64,000 bases of DNA from Octopus vulgaris (GCA_951406725.2 OX597823.1:37696001-37760000); one strand, 5' to 3'; counted from the first letter of the stretch, positions 26,748 to 38,374 are shown. Notes: generated by a model not told the origin, from the letters alone. A program made the numbers and translations.

Positions 26748-26989
26748 ACAATTGCAGCATGGAAGGTGTTTATAAGCCATTTAAGAAACACACAAAACCG
26801 TTAGATTCACTTCAACATTTAAATTTAATTTGTCAAAATATTTTCGTCGCTTTGAGACCGCGACCTGTTCACTGACAAAGCTTCATGCGACGAAAATATT
26901 TTGACAAATTAAATTTAAATGTTGAAGTGAATCTAACGGTTTTGTGTGTTTCTTAAATGGCTTATAAACACCTTCCACACTGCAATTGT
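26748..26989. repeat. Long inverted repeat, 103-bp arms with a 36-nt spacer
   Basis: Arms 26748-26850 and 26887-26989, two mismatches counted. Confidence 0.95.
26829..26879 (-). ncRNA. Candidate minimal type I hammerhead ribozyme with G3-C8 core variant
   Basis: Minus strand: TTTGTCA-GTGAACA-G-GTCGC-ggtctcaaa-GCGAC-GAAA-ATAT-TT-TGACAAA (7-bp stem I, 5-bp stem II, palindromic stem III). Confidence 0.55.
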
Positions 26990-27099
26990 GGTCTTAATAT
27001 AGTCAGTTGAATAGGTTTACATTAATGTTTAGCTGTTGCTATTGTTTAGAAAAGTCCAGTGAGATTGATGCTGACAAGGATTGAAATTCTGAATTTGAT

Positions 27100-27355
27100 G
27101 GAATGCATAGCGTCTAGAGAATTACCTCTGTTGGTAACAAAGGTTTCTCCCACAGAGTGAAAGGCAGATTATACAATGCCTGTGTGCAAACGGCCATGCT
27201 ACACAGTAGTGCTACATAGGTTATGACTGCCAAGGACATTCATAGGCTTGAAAGAAATGAAGCTAGTATGCTCCACTGGATATGCAATGTCAGGGTGCAT
27301 GCATGACAGAGTGTAAGCATCTTAAGAGAAAACTTGGGCACAAGAGGCATCAGAA
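27100..27355 (+). mobile_element. RTE RT C-terminal fragment
   Basis: RVKGRLYNACVQTAMLHSS...LERNEASML matches the 29790-30830 frame. Confidence 0.85.
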
Positions 27356-27462
27356 TTTTATTGAGTGGAACATGCAGTATCTATGAGATATACTTCCTAA
27401 AATTTTACATAATTCATTAAAAACCAATAAGGAAAAGAGATTTAATGTTTATTTGTTAGCAA

Positions 27463-27805
27463 GGCACAGGTGTGGTTGTGTGGTTAAGAGACTTGTTTCC
27501 CAAACCCATGGTTTCTAGTTCATTCTCACTCTGTAGCACCTTGGACAAATATCTTCCGTTATAGCCTTGGGCTGACCAAAACCTAGTGAGCAGATTTTAT
27601 TGATGGAAACTGAAAGAAGCCTGTCAGTGTGTGTGTGTGCATACTAGCTGTGTCATTCATTTCCAATCTTCTGTGTACACATGTCTAGTCATGGGGAAAC
27701 AGATGAGGATTGGTGACCAAAAGGACACCTGACCAGAGAATATCTGCCTCAATAAACTCTACCTCATGCAAGCATGGAAAAGGAACATTAAAAACAATGA
27801 TGATT
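27463..27805 (+). mobile_element. SINE with family A-like head and RTE-derived tail
   Basis: gtggttgtgtggttaag head, accttggacaaat CORE-like block, tail catgcaagcatggaaaaggaacattaaaaacaatgatgat. Confidence 0.75.
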
Positions 27806-27899
27806 ATGTCAAAATAAATGTTAAATTAGATAGTGATTTATAGTCTTATCCCTCATTACAGAAACATTGCATTCCTGAAGGTCTTGCATTATCATTATT

Positions 27900-28110
27900 A
27901 AACTGACAGAATCATTGCCACGCTGGGCAAAATGCTTAATGGCATTTCATCCATCTTTATGTTCTGAGTTCAAATTCCACCAAAGTCAATTTTGCCTTTC
28001 ATCTTCTCAGGGCCAATAAAATAAGTGCCAATTAAGTACTAAGGTCGATGTAAACAACTTACTCCCTCCCCAAAATGCTGGCATTGTGTCAAAACTTGAA
28101 ATCATTATTA
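27900..28110 (+). mobile_element. Old SINE with Nin-like domain
   Basis: gttctgagttcaaattccacc...tttgcctttcatc...aataaaataagtgcca. Confidence 0.7.
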
Positions 28111-28478
28111 AACTGGCGCTTAGAACATAAATTAACATGGAATTTTGATGAACGGTTTAAATTTAGGTCACTTTTAAAGAGGAAATTTGTATCATAAATT
28201 CAGGATGGTCTAGGGTAGGCTGGTATCAAAAGGAATAAAGCATTGTTTAAAATGACATTGTTTGCACCTGTGTTTTGGCCCAGCTTTAAAACCATACTTT
28301 AACCTGGTCATCATTGAATCTGTGATCAATCCACACCTTCCCACTTTCAGAGATAGATACATATGAGTAGGTATGTGTATTAAAATACATTGTTTACTCA
28401 TTCTTATATAAACTTAATATACTTATGTTCATGTATTTGTTTTGCAAGATTCCTGATGTGAAACCATGTGTTGAAACA

Positions 28479-28770
28479 GATATTGTTATACTTGAGGAGG
28501 GTCATATTTTGCCAATTAAACACATGCACTATATATTTTGTCTTCACTCCAGCTTTATTATTATTATTTTAGTTTCTTTATCAAAGCTCTTTTATCACAC
28601 ATCCTGTGACCTCTTCAGCAACTCTCTATCCCATATGTCTCTTCTTGTTCTGCTTATTCCATTTTGTCTTTTTCAAGGACTAAAATAGTAATAAAGCTGA
28701 AGTGAAGACCAAATATATATTGTGTGTGTTTAATTGGCAAAATATTATCATCCCCAAGTATTAATACATC
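28479..28770. repeat. Diverged inverted repeat, about 90-bp arms
   Basis: tattttgccaattaaacaca...gtcttcactccagctttatta (28505-28560) is mirrored at 28688-28744. Confidence 0.8.
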
Positions 28771-29000
28771 AATCTTAATATTCTTTTATTTGTTTCAGTA
28801 ATTTAACTGTGGCCATGCTGGAGCACCCACCTTGAAGGGTTTTAGTTGAACAATTGACTTCAGGACTTACTCTTTGTAAGCCTAGTACTTATTCTATCGG
28901 TCTCTTTTGCTGAACTGCTAAGTTACGGAGACGTAAACACACCAGCACCAGTTGTCAAGCAGTGATAGGGAGACAAACACAGATACAAAATAACACACAG

Positions 29001-29039
<39 letters not shown>

Positions 29040-29111
29040 CCGGAGTAAACACATAAATGTGAAACAAGGTGGAAAAAAGAGTACTCAAATACTAGTGGTA
29101 GAGTAATATGT

Positions 29112-29247
29112 TTTATTTAAAGCAGCAGAAAATTCAACAAAACCTGTTACTCTGAGTTTCCCGTTGCCGTTCAAAAACTGTCCGATGAACGGCAACGGGA
29201 AACTCAGAGTAACAGGTTTTGTTGAATTTTCTGCTGCTTTAAATAAA
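29112..29247. repeat. Perfect inverted repeat, 62-bp arms with a 12-nt spacer, in a Penelope-like short repeat
   Basis: Arms 29112-29173 and 29186-29247; flank 29041-29120 is related to 23440-23500. Confidence 0.95.
29178..29215 (+). ncRNA. Candidate minimal type I hammerhead-like motif with variant core
   Basis: CTGT-CCGATGA-A-CG-GCAA-CG-G-GAAA-CTC-A-GAG-TA-ACAG; GUA cleavage triplet, GNRA loop II, U4C deviation. Confidence 0.5.
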
Positions 29248-29256
29248 GTATATATA

Positions 29257-30830
29257 TCATCATCATCATCATCATCATCATCGTTTAACGTCCGTTCTCC
29301 ATGCTAGCATGGGTTGGACGGTTTGACCGGGGATCTGGGAAGCCAGAAGGCTGCACCAGGCTCCAGTCTTATCTGGCAATGTTTCTACAGCTGGATGCCC
29401 TTCCTAACGCCAACCACTCCATGAGTGTAGTGGGTGCTTTTTACGTGCCACCCGCACAGGTGCCAGGCAAGGCTGGCAACGGCCACGGTCGGATTGGTGC
29501 AATTTACATGCCACCGGCACGGAAGCCAGTCGAGGCGGCGCTGGCATCGGCCACGATTCGGATAGTGCTTTTTACGTACCACCAGTCCAGGGGTCCTGGC
29601 ATCTGCCGGGTGCCAGTCATAGGATTGGTTCAATTTCGGTTTCGATTTCGATTTCACTTGCCCCAACATGTCTTCGCAAGCAAAGGGGGTTGGCATGGGT
29701 GCCTGTCGTCGGATGAGGTTCGATATCGACTTTGCTTGCCTCAACAGGTCTTTGTGTCCAAGGGAGGAAAGGCATGCATAAGTCTGGGCTCACTTGTCCT
29801 GCCTGGTCTTCTCACTTACAGCATATTTCCAAAGGTCTCGGTCGCTGGTCATTTCCTCAGTGAGGCCTAAAGTTCGAAGGTCGTGCTTCACCACCTCGTC
29901 CCAGGTTTTTCTGGGTCTACCTCTTCCACGGGTTCCCTCAACTGCTAGGGATTGGCACTTTTTCACACACCTATCTTCATCCATTCTCGCCACATGACCA
30001 TACCAGCACAATCGTCTTTCTTGCACACCACAACTGATGCTTCTTAGGTACAACATTTCTCTCAAGGTACTAACGCTCTGTTGAGTATGTACACTGACAT
30101 TACACATCCATCGGAGCATACTGGCTTCATTCCTCGCGAGCTTACGCATGTCCTCAGCAGTCATGGCCCATGTTTCACTGCCATGTAGCATGGCTGTTCG
30201 TACACATGCATCATACAGTCTGCCTTTTACTCTGAGCGAGAGGCCTTTAGTCACCAGCAGAGGTAAGAGCTCCCTAAACTTTGCCCAGGCTATTCTTATT
30301 CTGGCAGTTACACTTTCAATGCACCCACCCCCACTACTGACTTGGTCACCTAGATAACGGAAGCTATCAACTACTTCTAGTTTTTCCCCCTGGAAAGTGA
30401 CGGAAGTTGTTTTCTGCAGATTTTTGGAGGTTAATGCTCCCGAGCATCTGCCACATACAAAAACTATCTTCCCAGTTAGCCTACCTTTGACATTGCTGCA
30501 CCTCTTATGTGTCCATAGCTTACACTGGGTACATCTTATAGAGTTTCTACCTACACCTTTTCTACAGATCGAGCAGGGCCATCTTCCTGAAGACATTTGT
30601 GGATTGTCTACCTTCCTACTTATTAGTACTTTGGTTTTAGCTAGGTTGACTCTAAGGCCCCTCGATTCTAAACCCTCCTTCCACACCTGGAACTTCTCCT
30701 CCAGTTCTGATAGTGACTCAGCAATTAGAGCAAGGTCGTCAGCATAGAGGAGCTCCCAGGGGCAACCTGTCTTGAATTCCTCCGTAATTGCCTGGAGGAC
30801 TATGATAAATAGGAGGGGGCTGAGTACTGA
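29257..30830 (-). mobile_element. Young 5'-truncated RTE LINE with an open RT C-terminal frame, 3' UTR and (ATG)n tail
   Basis: Uninterrupted frame 29790-30830: SVLSPLLF, LLYADDL, VNLAKTK, FRYLG, HGSETW, RGRGRPRKTW. The ORF-track N-terminus upstream of 30830 is microsatellite. Confidence 0.95.
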
Positions 30831-30866
<36 letters not shown>

Positions 30867-30893
30867 GTGTGCGTGCGTGTGTGCGCGCGCACG

Positions 30894-30931
<38 letters not shown>

Positions 30932-33259
30932 TACATACAAACAAATACAGGTTTCTTTCAGTTTCCGTCTACCAAATTTACTCACAAGGCTTTAGTCGGC
31001 CCGAGGCTATAGTAGAAGACTGCCCAAGGTGCTACACAGAGGGATTGAACTCAGACTCATGTGATTCAGAAGAAGCTTCTTACTACACAACCACGAATGC
31101 AACTATATATTTAGCTTAACATTATATTTTCCTTTTATTTCTAATATTCTTAATTTGCATATTATATTTAAAATCCTTTTATCAATTATCTGAGGTTTGT
31201 TCAAGCCAGTATATTTGTGACTTATAGTACTTGATAGACTATATATAGTCTTTAGAAACAATTTTATTGACTGCCAACTTTCAAAGTATACTTGCCTATC
31301 TGCCTCTATGTAGGTGTGTGAAAAAACTAAGACATCCACACATACACTTTATATTTGTAGTGCTTACTAAAATATTAATTAATTAATAACCTATCATACA
31401 TGGTTTTGCCTTGAATTTCTTTCATCTCTATGTCTGAATTAGTCAATCAGTATTTTTGTTATTAACTCTTCCATTATTACTATTATTCAAGTTTTCTTCC
31501 GTGTTAAACGGTTTGTAACATTAATTATGTAAACAGGATGTTGAAGAACCACCAGACAAAATGCCTTGTTATATTTAGTTATGTTCTTTAATGTTTCAAA
31601 TTGAAATCCTGCTAGTCCTGACTTTGCTGTTCACTCTTCTGGGGTTGATAAATAAGTGCTTCATGAAGTGTTGGATTAATTTGATTGACAACATTTTTCT
31701 TTTACTGAAGTTTGTGGAAGGACTGAAAGGGTATCTATGTCTGCTCATGGAAGAATTTTTCACACACCACAGACTTAGCCCAAATGCTTGCAAGAAAGTG
31801 AACTCTTCCACAGTACCTGTAGTAGTATTAAACCGGGTAGCAGATCACAATTACTATCCGTGTTGGCCATGATGGGATTTGAACTCAGGACGCAAACAGT
31901 CAGAACAAATGCTTCAAGGCATATAGTCTGACCCCCTTATAGTTCTGCCACTCTCGAATGATAGCTTCTTTTTTTTATTTTTAACCCTTGGAAGGATGGA
32001 AAACAGGCCTCAGACCTCAGCAGGATTTGATCTCAGAGCATAGAGAATCAGAACAAAATACCACAAGACATTCTATCAAATGCAGATATAGCACATAGTA
32101 ATTATTGATTAATTGAATCAAAGATATCATAAATTAATGGCAGAATCAGTGGAGCACCATACCAAATGCCTTGTAGTTTTTAGCTAGGTTCGATTTTTGC
32201 CTTCCATTCTTCTTAGTGTGATAAACAAAGTTCCAGACAAGTAGCAGGGGTTATGTAATTGAATGTGTGGCCTGGTGCCAAGCCATTTTGCTGTGTGCTA
32301 TGTTTAATTATTCATTTTTAACCAGGTCTACATCCATTTTTCAATATTGGTCTAGAAGGATGGGTTTTGTAAAGTTCACTCTTAAAATATGAATTATTGG
32401 GATAACAACAACAGCAATTCTTTTTATAATAAAATAATAGAATCCAATAAAATAATGATGTTCCATGACAACACAAGCTAATACCAATTGTAAAATAATG
32501 GAATAAATATCATGATGCGAGGAAAAAAATAATCTAATGTTTCAGACATATCAGGTGGGAGAAGTGAGAATGCAAGGCAAGACATGGAACGTCTTGCGTT
32601 ATGGGGCATATGTTCCCTCATGGATTATATCTTGGCTTTTGAAGTATATCTTGCTTTATGGAGTTTATCATGTCTTATGGACCATATTTTGACTTGCATA
32701 TATACTTCTACCTCATATGACCTAGCCCTTATCACCTCCCTCCCTTTTTTAACAGATCTGGATCCTAGTACAAACTTTACCACCCCTTCCTTACACTGTA
32801 CTCCCTCCCACCTCTTTCTTCTGCCAAATACTTTACTTCCTTATTATTTTCTCATTACCAATTTTGGAACCTCAACAACAAAGAAAGGCAAATATCTAAA
32901 CCATTGGACATTTCTTCCTTATGGCATAAAGTGGATTATTCCCCCTGTCATATTCTGTTTATAGTTGAATCCTCTTGAACCTCCTAACTAATGAACCATG
33001 ATAAACATTTCTGAATTGACATACATCACAAATCACAATGGCTCTTACATTTGTTAATATTTTCAAATATCAAAATCTGGTGTCAAATTTAACCTGACTG
33101 TGCTTCAGCTCTTAATATTAGAAAGTCTAAGGGTAGTGAGCTGACAGATAGGACCCAACACTCAGATAAATACAGGAGTACGTCTTCCATACTGCCATAC
33201 CCACAGTTTATATTTATATACAGGTAGCATAGTTAGTGGGCTGTTATGTTGATGCATAT

Positions 33260-33650
33260 GTGTCTGTATGTACATGCATGTAGGCAAATGGATATGAATG
33301 TAAACAGATAGGTATACATATGGATAGGTACATAGGTAATATGAATAGACAAGCATACATACACACACATATGCAAAAACTGAAGCACATGACCATATAC
33401 ATACACACTTCACTTCACACAAGGACACATATGGAGACACACATCCATACAAACAGACACAGTACAAAAACCCATACACATAGACACACTCAGACATGCA
33501 CACACAAGGAGACAGAGGTATACACATACGCACATGAATATGAAGAATATATACATACAAACATACATATATATGCACACACACACACATACATGCATGC
33601 ACACACTTACATGCATGCATACATACATCTATATACGCACACACACTGAC
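33260..33650. repeat. Long degenerate CA/TA microsatellite
   Basis: Direct inspection. Confidence 0.9.
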
Positions 33651-34974
33651 CCACAAACAAACAAAAAGAACGCAGCTCGGATAACGGACTGAGTCAACAA
33701 CTATTGAAAATGTTGCAAGACACAACGAAAATTTTAGGAAAAATAATTAAGTAAATAAATGGAAACTTTACTGGTGAGTGTTAAATAATAAGGCCCTAAA
33801 AGAGAATGACTGTCCCTAGACACAACAAAATATGCTTCAACACACGAACTCACATTAAGAATCTTGCAAACCAAATCCAAAAACGAAATATATATATATA
33901 ATGTATGTGTGTGTGTGATCATTATCCTTTTAACATCAATACTTTTCATGCTTGCATGGGTCACTTGGAATTCACTGAAGCAGATTATATTAAAGTTTAT
34001 TAAATGATGATAATCTTGTATATACCTTCTTATGGAGATTTTGCTGTTTAGCCCCAGTTCAGTCTTGATCCAGTAGGTCTATTATCAAAGATACTTTTTC
34101 TCAAACGCAGTGTTTCTATGAGGACATTATCCAATGTGTCCTTGTGTTTTCAAAAAGCTAAGGTGTGGTTTGAGGAAGATTTGGCTGTTGTTTCTAGCTA
34201 GTTAGAAGACTAAGTAGCAGCTCCTTTGTTGGCTTGCTCATTAACTAATTACTTAAACAAGAGGACAAATTATAACATCTTTAGCTGCTAGCTATAATTC
34301 AACCCAACTTTTTATTTTTCTCACAATGAGGCACCCCTTCCCCCATCACTGTTTCATAAGAGTTAACATATAAAGACATTTTCCTGATAAATTACAGCAG
34401 GTTTATTTAATGGATTAACAAAGATTAATACTTTGTATATTAATAGTTTTTGTCTTTCTATTCAACATCAATATTGTCTAAATGTTTTGCCAAAGAAAAC
34501 ATTTAGAAACACTTGGCCAGTTAGTAATACATGAGACAAAGAAGTTGAGATGGAATGGAAAATAAATGTAAAGAGAAGTTGGTTGTTAGGACCAGTGATA
34601 GCCAGCCATTAATATAACTAACAACAGATGACTGAAAGCAGTATTGGCTCTCTGGTTGAGAGGTTCAGAGGTCATGTATAAGCATTGGGATATATAGAGG
34701 CAAAGCAAAATATTTCCAACAATTCTTCTGCTTAAAATTAGAAAAGAAAATTCCCAGAATTGTAATTATAATTCCATGATTTAACTGACAGTTTGTTAGT
34801 TTATGGATAAATGTTAAATATTCATACAACAGAAACAAAGTGTGGAATCTGTTGAGAGGGATTCATTTTTCATGTTTCTACTTCAGTAATTAGAATCAAA
34901 ATAATCTTTATCATCAGTTAACCCCAAATTCTATTATTCTTCAAAACATTTGGCAATAAAGTATTTCAAAGTCA

Positions 34975-35330
34975 ACAAATCTGGCCTTCTTCAGGGCATG
35001 TGTAGAGAGCATTCTTCATAGAGCTGAAATGTGAACTACTAGGGGAGAGCTTCAAGACCATCTTCATGGTACATACATCAAGATTCTCATGAAAGCCCAA
35101 AACATCTCATGACATGAGCAAGAGACAAAAGAGAAGATTTATGGACATATTCCAATCATCTCCAGTATTATTGCTCAATGCAGAGTTGGCTTTACTGGCC
35201 ACTGCTATTATGTCATATTTGATGTTTATATCTTAATAGCAGTGAAAGACTAATCAGCTGCAATGATGTTATTAGCAGAGACATAAGACATGAAATTGTA
35301 GACTAAAGAGAGCTAATGCAGTATAGGGGT
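34975..35330 (+). mobile_element. Old RTE/RTEX-like RT C-terminal relic, third family
   Basis: FFRACVESILHRAE...ILMKAQNIS...IYGHIPIISSIIAQCRVGFTGHC read across frameshifts. Confidence 0.6.
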
Positions 35331-35984
35331 TTCTAGTGTGGTGGGTGAAATGCATCTTGGTTGTGAAGAAGAAGAAGAAGAAGAAGAAGAAAGAGAGGTG
35401 GAGGAGGAGGAGATAATGGACAATATAGTTTTAGATACACCAAAAAGACAGGATAGTCTTGGCTAGAGTAACTGATCAAGAATCTACTTGATTAAAAATG
35501 ACCTGTGGCTCAAAGCAGCAGCAGCAACATCAACAGCCTTTGGTCCTTTGAACTTATAATCTCCATATCTATTCCCCACCTCAGACTCATCTGATTAGTC
35601 CATCTCTTTCCCTTTCTTTGCCATCTTTATTGTTCTTATTTCCCAAGCACTTCACTCTATGGTTCATTCATAGAATTGCAACTTTCAGCATTTCCTTCAA
35701 AACATCAAACTGTAAAAGTGCAAACATGCCATCAACCCCATCATTCCCACCAACAAAAGTGTGTGTTATGGGCTTTCCCCCTTCCCTAAGACCTAAGTAA
35801 TAAGAAACAAACCAAATCTCTGTTTCCCCAATGGTGGTAATTAATTAGAAACTCAAGAATTGAACACAAGTCATCAAGTTGACTACATAGAAAGCTGGAG
35901 TAGCTGGGTTAATACTTATAACATATGACAAAGCTAGTTGTGACATATTATGTATATATATATATATATATAACAATAACTCTG

Positions 35985-36335
35985 AGCACCTTTTCAAACT
36001 CCACCCGTGGACATATTTACAAAGTCAGAAAACAGCACAGCTCCCATGACTTTAGGAAACATTTTTTCACGCTGAGAGTTGCTGAAGCATGGAACAAACT
36101 GCATCAGTTGTTAGTTGTCGGAGCACTGCATCCTTCAAAACTTCCATGCTTCCTGAGATTCACCAACACTACACCTGATTTTCTCCCCTCCATACACACA
36201 CAAGCATGTATCTGACTCATACATTGTTCGCTTTCCAGACATTTGTACATTACTGCATATACTCTATACGCACTTTCTGACAAGTTGTGGTGCACCTGAG
36301 CACTGTATACAATAATTTCATCATTATTATTATTA
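35985..36335 (+). mobile_element. CR1-clade LINE 3' end
   Basis: STRGHIYKVRK...RKHFFTLRVAEAWNKL is the typical CR1 ORF2 C-terminus; short UTR and (ATT)n tail. Confidence 0.85.
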
Positions 36336-36339
36336 TATC

Positions 36340-37160
36340 CTTTACCTTTTACTTGTTTCAGTCACTAGACTGCGGTCATGCTGGGGCACTATCTTGAAGG
36401 ATTTTTAGCTCAATGTATTGACCCCTAGTACATATTTTTAAAGTCTGGTACTCATTGGTCTCTTTTGCCAAATTGCTAAGCTACAGGGATGTAAACAAAC
36501 CAGCACCAGTTGTTAAGCAGTGGAGGGACAGACAGAGACACATACACATATGTAGATGTATGTATATATATACAACAGGCTTCTTCAGTTTCTGCCTACT
36601 AGATCCACTCACAAGACTTTGATCAACCCAGGGCTATAGTAGAAGACACTTGCCCATGGTGCCACGCAGAGGAACTGAACTAGGAACCATGTGGCTGAGA
36701 AAGCAGCTTCTTACCACACAGCCATACCTGCACCTATATATATATATATATATATATATCTTTTACTTGACTCAGTCATTAAAATTCAGCCATACTGGGG
36801 TACTGCTTTGACAAATATATTTTATCAAATGAATCTATTCCAATGCTTATGTTTTTTAAAGCCTGGTACTTATTGTATTGGTCACTTTTGCTAAACCACT
36901 AAATTATGAGGATGTAAGCACACCAACACCAGTTGTCAAGTGGTTGTTAGGGACAAACACAGCCACAATGACACACACACACACATGTATGTATGTATGT
37001 ATGTATGTACAATGAGCTTCTTTCAGTTTCTGTCTACCAAGTCCACTCACAAGGATTTGGTTAGCCAGAAGGTATGATAGAAGGCACTTGCCCAAGGTTT
37101 CACACAGTGGAACTGAGCCTAGAACCATGAGGATGGGATGGAAACTTCTTACCACACAGC
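36340..37160 (-). mobile_element. Two tandem family A SINEs (36340-36733 and 36760-37160)
   Basis: Each has a tail (ttttacttg), body and head (cttaccacacagc). Confidence 0.85.
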
Positions 37161-38374
37161 AAAATATAGCTGGTGTTCATTGGTTTTAATGGCACTCATC
37201 CACCAAATAAAGTTTTAGGAACATTAGTTTTGCTCATTTTTCCTTTATTGTTTTTGTAAGAACTTCTAAAAGAAGGTGTTACCATGTTACCATTCCATTG
37301 ATGATGGAATGGAAGCAGGGTTTGTATCCTTGGCTGTTGTGAGTTAGATAAATAAGCAAGACAAAATCATCATTGTAGTTTGGCTCATGATAGCATAGAT
37401 ATTAACAGTAGATATATAACACACACTTGTTTATATGGTATGTAATGTATATGTATGTATGTATGTATATGTACATACATGGAAGAAAGAGGAAGAGAGA
37501 GAAAGAATGTATATTAGTTGGAAACAGCACCCGAGTTTTATTTATTTTTATTTTGATTAGATGTTGTTGCCAAGTTATATCTGATTTATGCAGTTTTTCA
37601 ATTTGGCTGACATTTAGTGATTAAGACATCTCTTTCTCCTGTGAATACAAATGCCAGACTGTTGCAACAGTTTTAGAGCAATCCCTCACTACAAACTAAA
37701 AAACGTATTTTCCAGCCACAAAGTCCTCCTCCTCCTGTTATTGTTGTTTAACTCCAACCAAGTAGCTTCAACTTTGATCATCCCATCTTTTTGTATATAT
37801 ACAGTTCAATGTTCTTTTCTTTACTGAAGATGGTGAGGCACACTTTGAAGAAACTTTAGCTATTATTCCTATCAGGCTGAGTTTCTGCCTAGTGGTTTCC
37901 ACAGTGACTTCCTGTTGCCTCTAGTGACACAGTGTGTTAGGCAATGGTATTGATTGGCTATTATTTTAGACTGGATTGTTAGTGTGTTGATGGATGTATT
38001 TGTTAGGAACACAGTATGACATCAGAGATAAGACAGATCATTGACCATTTTACCTGGCATGCCACTATCACAATGTTGAAATGGTTTCACACAAAACTGC
38101 GTAGCAAAATAGTGGTAAACATTGAATTTGCTGCAAAAATGTTCTGACTTGTCATTGGTGATATTTATGAGTGTGATCACATAATGGTTTTGTTTACATT
38201 TTTGATGCTTGTGAGGAAATATTTGTAGAAAGAAAAACCTCATGACATCAGGTGATCAATTTGTCTTATCAGGAAAAACAAGAACATACCAACAAATTTA
38301 AGTTTTGGAAAGGATTGTATTTATTTCATTTAACACTTGTCAGTCCTATAATTATATATGATTTTAATACTTGG

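Larger units (their letters stand above)
28780..31095 (-). mobile_element. Family A SINE split by later insertions
   Basis: 3' part at 28780-28990 and 5' part at about 30948-31095 are collinear with intact copies and are interrupted in the central microsatellite. Confidence 0.7.

Noticed and set aside
29301-29870. Recurrent MLAWVG...VVGAFYVPP ORFs (also near 23580, 46352 and 63167)
   Set aside because: Antisense reading of the RTE 3' UTR; recurrence reflects repeat copies.
30831-30944. N-terminus of the 384-aa ORF (MFVCMYVCVC...)
   Set aside because: Translation of CA/TA microsatellite that happens to be in frame with a truncated RTE; not a host gene.
33162-33725. 187-aa Cys/Val-rich ORF and similar YIYI/HTHT ORFs
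   Set aside because: Microsatellite translations.
38022-38243. 73-aa minus-strand ORF with a possible donor near 38052
   Set aside because: No recognisable domain, weak acceptor and no partner exons.
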